From Eledone cirrhosa (lineage: Eukaryota): 64,000 nt of DNA. Each line of letters starts with the position of its first letter. Position 1 is the stretch's first letter. The notes under the pieces are model-generated. The model did no database searches and was not told the DNA's origin. It saw nothing but the letters and a program-made list of their open reading frames with translations. Where the stretch lies: contig OZ024740.1 in assembly GCA_964016885.1 (NCBI GenBank), forward strand, positions 390,662,001 through 390,726,000. The letters run 5' to 3'. Shown here piece by piece: positions 53,191 through 64,000 of this stretch. A program made the translations under genes and the position numbers.

Positions 53191-53396
53191 AAAAAGTATG
53201 ACCCCGACGGCAGAGCTCAAGCCGTTTCGACGGCTATTTCTGGCTAAAATTTCTAATTTAGTCCAGAAATAGCCGTCGAAACGGCTTGAGCTCTGCCGTC
53301 GGGGTCATACTTTTTCCTATTTCCCTCTCTACTACCCTAAGTATTGAGTACTCTGGTGCGTTATGGTCCATCTTGTTCCTTACCACAATTCCTTTG

Positions 53397-53398
<2 letters not shown>
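53189..53398 (+). mobile_element. Fold-back derivative of the PLE C 3' end (about 55-bp perfect inverted arms plus tail) in (TA)n
   Basis: 53189-53243 is the reverse complement of 53263-53317. The right arm and tail match 16432-16572. Confidence 0.85.
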
Positions 53399-53456
<58 letters not shown>

Positions 53457-53461
<5 letters not shown>

Positions 53462-54800
53462 GAGAGAGAGAGGGAATGGAAAACGAAGAATCAGTGATGT
53501 ATCGGAACTCAATTTATTACTTATTACAATTGTTTCTCCGACGAACAGCTCGAGGTGCGATTTGTGTGTGGATCAAACCTGACTCTGGATTTGTAGGTTC
53601 CTCAGACACGTCTATTGATTTCAGAGCAAATATATACAATAATAAACAAGTAAGACGGTAACGTTAGTCCATCCCTATTTATTTTATTATACGTATTTCG
53701 AAGACGAATGGCTTTTGTATAACATCTGTCAACGTGTTCTCTTCAAATAAAATCAACAGTAGGTGTAAAAACCGTTGATATGCAACCGGTCACACGAGTT
53801 GTTCATTTCGGCGACTGGCCACCATACACCTGGAAAGACTTCACGCAGTAGAACTAGTATGAGTGGGAGATACATCTTACAGTTGCCGTTGCTGTTTGTG
53901 AACTGGGTATCGGGTTACCTGATTGGTCAATTAGTTCGAAGGGAAGCATGTATGGACTGTTAGTCTATTTTTTACTTTTAGATATAATTCACTTAGATAC
54001 TATTTTTAATTTTATATATTTATTCAGAGATGCTGAAATTATAATGTAACTATATATTAAAGAATTTTGAATTACTTATTTCGTAGTATATTTAACTTTA
54101 TTTACATTTTAACTAAATACTCTTTGAAATGTCTGTTGATTTTGTGCAGATAAGAACTAAACATTTCCGAGCGTTTATTCATAATTTTATGTCTATTGTT
54201 TGTGATATAGAGAATCTCTGTGGTACAGAGATCACACCCTTTAGATATAGACGCATTTGTGTATGGAAAAGCGTGTGAGAGTTTATGCCAAGAAAGGGAG
54301 TATTCAACATTTTTATTTTTAAGCGACCAAATCACCTCTGAAAGGGCCATGCTACATATTTTATCTTCTTTTTTAAATGAGTGTCAATGGTTGTACCACC
54401 TATGCTTAAATATAGTAGAAGTTGCACCAATATAACTATAATACTTACTACTCGTTTTTACTTTGCATTCATAAACTATATTATTATCAAGACAGTTATT
54501 ATTCAAATATTACAATTTTTACAGTTGCAGTTATTTCCATTACCATTCAAAGTTCCCTCCCTGTGTGTGCGTAGGTTTATATCATCTATGTTGATGGTGT
54601 TATCTCTGTTATACGAGATGATGTTTATTCTATCAGTGTTTCTGTTTGCTATTATGAATTATCTCCCTATGTTTAATTCCCAGATTTCTCTTGTTAATTT
54701 TCCCTATATTCTGGGCTATATTTTTGATAGTCGAGTAGGAAAGTTTGATTGTGTGTCGGTCAAAGATTTGAATGTATTTATGTGATCTAGGAAAACACCT
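53457..54800 (-). mobile_element. Degenerate Hydra-like PLE 3' fragment (GIY-YIG) with 3' region
   Basis: CNCK..VYECKV..YIGATS..FKHRWYNH..F...ALS..IWSLK...YSLSW...PY...CDLC..E...NKRSE. Confidence 0.75.
53681..53753 (-). ncRNA. Type I minimal hammerhead (U3-G8) downstream of the Hydra-like fragment
   Basis: Minus strand: ATTTTAT-TTGAAGA-GAAcACG...CGTcTTC-GAAA-TACGTA-TA-ATAAAAT. Stem I 7 bp; palindromic loop III. Confidence 0.7.
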
Positions 54801-55834
54801 ATCTATTGCGTTAAAGAAAAGCCGAGCTAAGTTATTTTGAATTCCAAGGGAGTAGGGTGGATTATACCACAGAACGGAGCGGGATCTAACACCCTTATGT
54901 AACCTTTTGGTTGTATTCGAGTTATAGCCATTCGAAATCTGATTTGTCCTTACTCTATTGTTTTGGGTTTGAGTACCCCCATTATTTCAATTACTATTAA
55001 CTGAATGTGTGTTAGTATTAATAGCTATGGTTTGTTTGTTTCTATGTGAGGGTGTAATTATTTTTATCGATATTCGTGTACTCAATTCTATCCTGGTAAC
55101 TTGCTCTAGTTAATGCATAATTATAGTATCTAGCAAGCTCCCACCGAGATAACATACGAAGTAGTTTAAATAAACATTTAAAGACTATTTATTTACTGAT
55201 TGCTAATCATCTGCGTTAGTAATCACGTCATCAACGTCACACATTTTATTCATTTTACTTAGATATTTATGGTAATACTAATAAACATTTCAATATTAAT
55301 ATTTTTACATAATAGCTCTTACGTTAGATAATTCTCTTTTATGACATTCATTTGCCAGAATCACCAGTTTTAGCTTTAATACGATTACATTTTGAAGGCT
55401 TTCGAAATAATTTGCTTGTATATTGGCTTTAAAAGCAGCCTAAGGAGAGTTTCTATATGAACTTTGAACAATTTTGGTGCTGCTACGATCCACAGAGGGT
55501 AAAAGTGATCAGACATATATACAGCGTAACTGCTTACAAAATAAAATATACATAAAAAGTGACTGGTCGAAGTATTAATAAACCGTTAGCATTGTATTGA
55601 TTCTTGGATCAATAGTTAAATACACATTCATGTGTGCATATTTACAAAGTCTTATATTTAATCGTTATATACAGGCCTTTTTCACAACGCTCGCTTTCTA
55701 ACTCTCATTTCACATACACGCTTTTTCATCCGCTTCATTTCACACCCCTCTTTCTCTCTTTCTCAGTAACATTCACACACACACACACACTCACACACAT
55801 ACGCACGCACACACACATATACACAAACACACAA

Positions 55835-55923
<89 letters not shown>

Positions 55924-56725
55924 AATGGATAGATAGATAGATAGATAGATAGATATGTTTCTTTATAGATAGATATACAATTGCACATATATATATATAC
56001 ATAGAGCGATATAAATATACTGATTGATCAATAGATAAAAGTATACAGGGTTATATTGATAAGTAGGTAGACAAGAACATTTTAAATAAATTGAAAGTAC
56101 ATATATATATGTAAGTGAATATACATATATATATATATGCACAAAGAAAAACCGAAATTGGTAGATAGATTGGAAGAGAAAGTTTGTCGAATCGAACGGT
56201 TATTAACTGAACTGATGGAAAAGTCTCGAAACAACATTTGTTGGGCAACTTGAAATGTTTTCGAATATTGATTTCTTTTGATTTATTTAAATATGTTGTT
56301 TCTATTAATGTACACTTTTTAGATTTGTCTTATTCTAAAACTCTTCATACTGGTTCGTTTTCCTGAAACTTCCTAGATTTGACGCAACATCTAATCATGT
56401 TTGTAATGGATTATGGAATATAATTCTAATTGATTTGTTTTATTTAACCATTTCGTCGGTTTATAAAAGGATTTGAAATAGCCAGAGAGATCGATAGAAT
56501 GTGTCGTATTGATAACATCAGCGAATAGACTAAAATCCACGTGATAAGTAACGCAAACGAAAATACCAATGGAAAACCTTGGATGTTCACTTAGTCGTGT
56601 ATATCACTAAATAAAGAAATTTACATAACTTTAGCCTTGGTGAAGCACCTACTGCAACGACCGGTTGACCAATGCCTTGTGAGTCAAATTTGGTTGATGG
56701 AAACAGCAGAAGCCCGCCGTATATA

Positions 56726-56779
<54 letters not shown>

Positions 56780-56849
56780 AAAAAATGGGGAGAAGAATAC
56801 TGCAGGTTGCACATGGATAACATGTTATATATATATATATATATATAGT

Positions 56850-57405
56850 TAAATATTAGACAGGAACAAAAAGCAGATGGTAGTTTATTAGGTTCACGCT
56901 TTTGAGAGTGGGGGATATAAAGTTGTGTTCCTTTCTATTTGTGTGTTTGTTCACCAACTATTCCTATGGTTTTGGAGATAGACCCCCATAACCATATATA
57001 TATTCTGAAATTACATTGCCCAGGGTACTTGGATAAGTATATTTCGTTTTAATGAAAGGGTTCCCCGGGGGCACAAAACCCCCGCTGAAACTTTTTTCCC
57101 TTCGATTTATATGAAATTTAAACCATAGGTAAATGACAAGATATGATGCCTATTCACAAAAGTTTTCAATTGATATTTTGAAAAATTATTTACAAGAAAC
57201 AAAATAATAAGATTTAATAATGTAATTTTTATTTGGTATATTACGAAAAATAATGTTTTCCAATTTTTCATGCATTACATTTTACATTGAGTAATATTGA
57301 AATGTAGAGTTTTTCTTCATAAATTATATCAGTGATTTAAAATCAATCATCATTTTCTTACAAAAGGAATGTGTGAAACGCCGCAAGGCGCGGGTAATTC
57401 GGCTA

Positions 57406-57406
<1 letters not shown>
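56850..57406 (+). mobile_element. Probable non-autonomous Helitron
   Basis: 3' hairpin CGCC-GCAA-GGCG (57379-57390) followed by CTAG at 57403-57406. 5' end uncertain. Confidence 0.55.
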
Positions 57407-57457
<51 letters not shown>

Positions 57458-57588
57458 GTGAGGTTTTTTTTACAAAATGAAAAATAACCGAGGTGTCCTA
57501 CACGAGTGGAAGTATAAAGAAAAAGAGATGAAATCGAAAATGCAACTGAAGTCTTATTTTTTTTAAAAATATATATATTTATTTGGTT

Positions 57589-57626
57589 CCTTTACCGGTT
57601 TCGCAGTTTTTCTGCTTTTCAAAAGG
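57589..57626 (-). ncRNA. Minimal hammerhead with U3-A8 core in a roughly 210-bp (TA)n-flanked insert
   Basis: Minus strand: CCTT-TTGAAAA-GCAG aaaaa CTGC-GAAA-CCGG-TA-AAGG. All stems perfect. Confidence 0.8.
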
Positions 57627-58515
57627 TGAGTTGAGATGGAGGGTCTGTGGTTTTTCTCACATATATATATATATATATAAGTAAGAACCTATTTGCCGAC
57701 AGAGAAAGCCAAGAAACCAGTCTCCATTTCCAAGTCTTCATCAATACCAAAACAGAAGCCATCTCCTCTAGATCAAGACTCTCTGTCAAATTCAGGTTGG
57801 TTATTTTCTAAAATTGATTTATGTTTTATTCTTTACAGCACTTTCATCATCATCACGATCATCACCACCACCATCACCATATAGCCCCTTTGATACCAAC
57901 CCAACTGAAACCGCCACTGTTTCTATGAAACCCCATGCTAGTGTGGAAGATGGACGTTAAATGATGATGATGATGATGAAAACCATCCATTTTAATAGGT
58001 TCTTACTTAAATTAAACTTTCCAACATAATTTTATATAAGAACGTTTTTGTTATGTTACAAATACCATCATAATGAAATTATAATTTTAGTAAATTATTC
58101 CCAAATATTTATTAATTCAAATACAACGTATTTCATTAGTTGTACAGTAATGAATGGGTTAATTTTCAGTTTTCCCTGCTAGTAAGGGTTAGCTGGATTG
58201 TCAAAGATCAAGTTTACTTAATTGGATCTACAAGCCTCTCAGATGGACCAGGGGGCCACATCTCACTTACATACGTTCCTGCACTCTACAGAGAGTATGG
58301 GGTGTGTTTTATGGTGGCACCAGCACTAAAAAGGGGTTGTTATGTCTTTGGTATAACTATTGGTATATACTATTGGCACCCGTTTTGCGTGTGTTGTATT
58401 TATTGAAGCGAATAACTATGTGCATACTCTGGGAATGTATCCTACATTGCCCATTGAGTACGCTGAGATACAACCGGTCCTGGCATTGATAAATATGCTG
58501 GGTCCGTCAACTCCT

Positions 58516-58566
<51 letters not shown>

Positions 58567-58929
58567 TTAACGAGGTATCGTTTAAGGTAATCCTAGTAGA
58601 GGTTATGAGTAATCTGTACCGTGGATGGTTCTAACGTTCAACGTTGTTTGACTCGACAAGATGTTTACCTAGTTGTGGTGTTCGGGTAAGCGGTTCCTGG
58701 ACTATTAATAATAAAGGAGTGAAGAATAACACGGATCAGTTATACAATACGGTTTATTCCAGCCAAATTTTCAAAATACTAGCTCGGTTTAGTTGGTGCA
58801 ACGCATTTATACTGATAATAACAATAATATGAACAATAACATGAAGAAAAGGATATGGAGGATGGGGATAGTAGGATAATGGTGTGAAAAAAGTGACATG
58901 AAAAGACAAAAAGATAAACATAAAGATAC

Positions 58930-59140
58930 TTATGTAACCTGCACTGTCGAAACGTCGAATGGGTCCTCGTAGTTTGATTGTTTAAGCCAGGTGGAGTTGT
59001 TTGTAAACAATAGTGTTTTTCTGACAGGCATAATGTATTTCCTTATCAGTTGTCGGTTAAAGAAATGGGCAATGTCTAAAGCTCTATCTAATAGTAAACG
59101 AGTAATAGAAGATTAAAGATCGGTCATGTGAAATTGTGTA
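58930..59140 (-). pseudogene. Hydra-like PLE RT remnant
   Basis: LDRALDIA...TDKE...RKTLLFTNNSTWLK...DPFDVS aligns to the PLE C sequence LTAALDFA..TDQE..RKTVLLFDNSKWIK..SPFDVS. Confidence 0.65.
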
Positions 59141-59360
59141 TTTTATTTTTAGCAGGGATGACACATACACCCACAAGCATATATATATATATTTAGTAAG
59201 TAAGTTAATTTTTAATTTTTTTTTTAATTTTCTTATTTTACGTCTTTCATATAATTGTTCTGCATCCTCCTGCATTGAACCACCTAGGTACTATGACATA
59301 ACTTATGTATTTGCTAGCATTAGTGTACATCTGTACGCATATGTTGGTAGATATACTAAT

Positions 59361-62300
59361 TCTCTCTCTATATATATGGGCCCCGAGAAGCAAAAAATCG
59401 ATATTTTCAAAAATCGTCCGATTTCGATGAAACTCGACGCAAGTGTGTATTTTGATCCAGGGATGAACGTGGGCTACATTAAAGTTTCGGAAAATCGATA
59501 ATTGGATCACCAGAGGCAAAAATCGATATTTACGAAATTTGTTCGATTCCAATGAAATTTGACGAAGGTATGTATTTTGATGTGGGGATCAACGTGGGAA
59601 AAATCCGGCAACCGAAAAACGCCATTCTTCTTACTTCCATTTGTCGCGACTCCCGCCATGCAAAAAACGTTCAATCTATCAGGATTATCCACCGTAAGTC
59701 TTTTTAAATTAACGCTCACCATCTTCAGCAAACCTTTTATGCCGATTCTTCCATTTCTTATATAAGGACTATCAAGACTATACCGCCGCGCACCATCCTC
59801 AATTGCGCCCAGTCTTCTCAAGCGATCATCGAGCCTCCATGCGCCCCTTCATTCCCGTGGTCCCACTACCGTAGCATAATGAGGCATCCGTCAACCCCTG
59901 CCCTCTCCCTTCCCTGCACGCCGTCGACCCACTGCATCGTTGTGCATCACCATGCGCATCTCTGCCTTGTCAGTCGCAATTAATTCCTCGGCCCTTTCCA
60001 TTGCCTGCCCTCTGTGGTCCCTAAGTACTGCTACGGCTCAACATGCCGAATCCCTGCCACCGTCCACCCCTGCCCATTTCCATTGCCTACACTCCGGGAG
60101 AGCTCAAGACAACCATACCTGACCAAGCCGCATCCCTGCCACCGTCAACCCCTGCCCTCTCCCTTCCCTGCACGCCGTCGTCCCACTGCATCGTCATGCC
60201 TCACCATGCCGCATTACTGCCCTGTCGGCCACCATCTCCTCCTCAGCCCTTTCTTTTGCCTGCCCGCCGTGCTCCTTCAAGGCTGCCATGCCTAACCAAG
60301 CCGCATCCCTGCCACCATCAAGTCCTGCCATCTCCCTTCTCTGCACGCCGTCGTCCCACTGCATCGTCATACATCACCATGCCGCATCCATGCTCCGTCA
60401 GCCGCCACGCCCTCCCCTGCCCTCTCCCTTACCCGCACGCCTTGGTCCTTCACGAGTCCCATGGCTAACCATGCGGAATCCCTGCAACCGTCAAACCCGG
60501 CCATCTCCCTTCCCTGCACGCCGTCGATCCACTGCATCGTTATGCCTCACCATGCCGCATCCATTATCTGTCAGCCGCCATCCCCTCCTCAACTTTTTAT
60601 TTTGCCTGCCCGCCGTGTTCCTTCAAGATCCCATGCCTAACCAAGCCGCATCTCTGCCACCGTCAACCCCTGCCCTCTCCCTTGCCCGCACGCCTTGGTC
60701 CATCACAACTGCCATGGCTCACTATGCGGCATTCCTGCCCCGTCAGCAACTTGCTCAAATGTCATCAGCATGGTTTATTCCTGCGCCGCACATACCCGCC
60801 CATTATCTCATACTAAAGACAGCACCGAACATGAAGACGATCCTGTGTAAGTCTTTTTACATTCATTTTGACCATATTTAACAAAATTAAACAAAAATTC
60901 ATCCCTTTCTCCTCCAAAGCCTACCGATCATGTATGGCCGATAAACATCCTGCCTTGCACCCGGTTTTCTCAAACAATCATCGTGCCTCCCGTTGCTCTC
61001 TACATTCCCGAGGTGCAACTCAATTGGCATGCCGTATCCACATCTGTCAGACACCATGCACCCTGCCCTTTCGTCATGCCTCATCATGTTGCATCCCTGC
61101 CCTGTCAGCCGCCATCCACTCCCCGACCCTTTCCACTGCCTAGGCATGGCAGTCTTGAGGGACCAAGTCGCATCCCTGCCACCGTTAACCCCTGCCCTCT
61201 CCCTTCCCTGCACGCCGTCGTCCCACTGCATCGTCATGCATCACCATGCCGCATCAATGCTGTCAGCCGCCATCCCCTCCCCGGCCCTTTCTTTTGTCTG
61301 CCGCAGTGCTCCTTCAAGACTGCCATGGCTCACCATGCGGCATCCTTGCCACCGTCCACCCCTGCCCTCTTCCTTGCCTGCTGGCCGTCGTCCCACTGCA
61401 TCGTCATGCCTCATGATGCCGCATCCATGCACTGTCAGCCACCATCCCCTCCTCGGCCCTTTATTTTGCCTGACCGCCGTGCTCCTTCAAGACTCTCATG
61501 GCTATCTATGCCGCATCAATTCCTTGCCACCCGCTTAAACGTCATCAGCATGGCTTATTGTTGCCCCATTTGACCACAGATTTTCGCAGGCTAAACACAA
61601 TACCAACGTGCACGATAGTCCATGGTAAATCTTTTTAATTACATGTTCATCATGCTAAGCAAAGGATGAATAGCAACTCTTTCATTTCTCCTAACATGCC
61701 TTTCTGTCAATTATGGCCGAGAAGCATCCTGTGTAACATCGCGTCTTCTCAAGCGATCAGCGTGCCTTCCACTGTCCTCACAATTGACTCACAACGCCGC
61801 ATCTATTCCCTGCGACGCCCCTAAACATCATCAGCATGGCTTATTTTTCTGCCGCGTTTAATCGGCCCTCATTCTAGGCCATAAGCAACAAAACCGCACG
61901 ATGATGCTGCGTAAGTCTATTTAAATTAATGGTCAACATGTTCAGCAAAACAATTGTACCAATTCTTCCTCTTCACCTCCAAGGCCTATCCATTACATCT
62001 TAGAGATCGGGATTCGCAATTTCTACGATTTCAATATTGACACAACAGTCCGTCAGGTTTTTCGGCACATGTTGCTCCGATAGGAATATCAACGTGATTT
62101 TCACTTATTTCGTAAGTGTTCAGTCTTCCGTATGCTTTTATTTTTTATTGATACAACACCGACTACAATCATCTAACTTCACTTTGTAGGCTAGATGCGA
62201 ATCACAAGGAAAACAATCCTCTGATATACAACCCCACCAAATTCGTTGGTCTACCTAGATTTCAATGGTTATATCCTTTGCTTTTGTACGGTTGTACATT

Positions 62301-62610
62301 TGACAATGTCGCAAAACATTATTCCACTTGATACTTACCTTTCAGCTATGAATTGGGCAGTGCCTTAAAATCGCGGCTTATTTGCGTGTAATTTGGGGAT
62401 ATCTTATGAATGGAGAATCGAAAACCCTTTTGCTCATAACCTGATACATGCGTTACACATGCTCCATGGATGTTTGTGGACTATTTTTTCAAAATGCCAA
62501 TATCACAGATTGGAGCACAAAAAAAAACGTTTATTTCGGTTAAAGCATCCTGCTGGAATTTAGTGTAGACCCGTTTAAATCCAGCGCCTTATAACCGGGT
62601 ACACCAGCTA
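59361..62610 (+). repeat. Complex repeat: about 173-bp GC-rich tandem units nested in larger repeats, possibly a non-autonomous Helitron
   Basis: ATCCCTGCCACC-type anchors at about 60131, 60304, 60477 and 60649. Spacer motif GTAAGTCTTTTT recurs at about 59694, 60847, 61625 and 61911. TC..TATATA start; CGGGTACACCAGCTAG end. Confidence 0.65.
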
Positions 62611-63147
62611 GAAAGACAAATGGAAACATTGTTTCCTCGGTCCGATTTGACGAAAGTTGATTTAGTTCCACAACAAATTAACAAACCATACTTGAAGACA
62701 CGTTGAGGCTGTTGCAAAGGGCAATAACCCTAGACACAATTTTGATCAACTTTTTTTCACCTATAGCAAATTTACCGGGACAGGCTTTTAGCTACTCAAA
62801 TCTACTTCAGAGGTCACGCATTCATGTAAATAATGATTAAAATTGAAGCGGGAGTTCGACTTTGCGCAGAAAACAAGGCAAAGTTGCACATGGAAAACTT
62901 TTTACTTATATCTAGTTGGTTGAATGACCGAGTCAAGGCTCTCCGGTTGTATCTTACTAGCTGTCCGTTGCTAAATGTTAGGGCTAAACATTAGTTCTTT
63001 TGAAATCTGGATCATGAGGATTTTTTATTATGGCTAGAGTTTATTCTTTGCTTACATTTGCTGTTTAGTTATATACAAAATTGGATATATATTTGAAGGA
63101 CAAAATACAGAAAATCGAAACCCAAACTAACTTCATGGTTCGAAATA

Positions 63148-63310
63148 GATAATTGTTTCTACTTTAGGCACAAGGCCAGCAATTATCCAGTGCATTACTG
63201 ATCCTTTATTTTATCGACCCCGTAAGGATGAAAGGCAAAGTCAACCTCGGCGGGATTTGAACTCAGATCGTAAAGGGACGTAACTATGCTGGAAAGCATG
63301 GCGTCCGAAT
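63148..63310 (-). mobile_element. SINE S1 copy
   Basis: Nearly identical to 39617-39780. Confidence 0.85.
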
Positions 63311-64000
63311 AAGACATCAATATATTTTATTCTTAGCAGATTTGATGACTATTCACTATAGCTAGGTGAACTGATTTTTTCTGAAACTCCAATATAGTGT
63401 AGAAGACGTTTCAAAATTGGCCTAACATCGGGCACCAGGACAAATTTGGTTTTAATACAGTGGAGAGTACCTTTTCGAGAACAAGTGAGTCAAATCCGGA
63501 ATTGCAAATTTCTCGGGGTAGGAACGTACGTATGTTTAATATGAGCGTGACTCAATTTATAAGCTAATCTGTGTGTAAGTGTGACATGCGTGTGACTTGA
63601 GTTGTAAGCTAATTATCTAAAAAATTATTTACCCCTTTACAGTAGTTCGTTACAATTGGAGATCGTAAAATGTTTACCCTTGAGGAGCCAAGGGAGGTAA
63701 TTTCTGCTAGGATACATTTATAAATGTCTGAGTGATCATTCATTTATAAATGTCTGTGGCCAGTTATTTTTAAAACATTTAAGTCTTTTCTAAAATCTTC
63801 CCAATAATTAAAATCTGAGCATGCCATAAAAAAGTTTAATTCTGAATTGTATGTGTGTTAGCTTACGTGCAATATATTATAGTGTATGTATGTGAATGTG
63901 ATATGTTTAATTGTTTGTGTGTAAATAGGTGACAGAGAGGAGTAGGTTCTTGGAGGATTTAGTAGGTCTGGTGAGGAGATCTCATGTGGTGTGGGTTTCC

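Noticed and set aside
58740-58782. Minus-strand TTGAAAA...AAA-CCG-TA hammerhead-like string
   Set aside because: G12 is missing and the stems are poor; too degenerate to call.
59940-61573. Pro/Cys/His-rich ORFs
   Set aside because: Produced by the GC-rich 173-bp repeat, open in several frames, with no domain signature.

Overview
AT-rich, microsatellite-dense eukaryotic DNA. The SINE families and the (TA)n/(CA)n/(TATG)n load suggest a coleoid cephalopod, probably Octopus (inference). The only clear host gene is the first coding exon of a classical AQP4-like aquaporin (41012-41605, +); its next exon is not recognisable in the remaining 22 kb. Almost everything else is nested transposable elements: at least three Penelope-like (PLE, RT + GIY-YIG) families, Tx1/L1-like and R4/Dong-like LINE pieces, a decayed RTE-like LINE, two hAT (Buster/Charlie-type) copies, Helitrons, an LTR with a tRNA-Trp primer-binding site, and many SINEs. 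The main signal not shown by the ORF track is RNA structure. About ten hammerhead-ribozyme motifs can be folded by eye in PLE 3' ends and in short PLE-like inserts within (TA)n. They include U3-A8 core variants, fold-back palindromes centred on the ribozyme, and at 292-358 a candidate hammerhead whose three strands are in a non-circularly permuted order. All folds were done by eye and TE boundaries are approximate.
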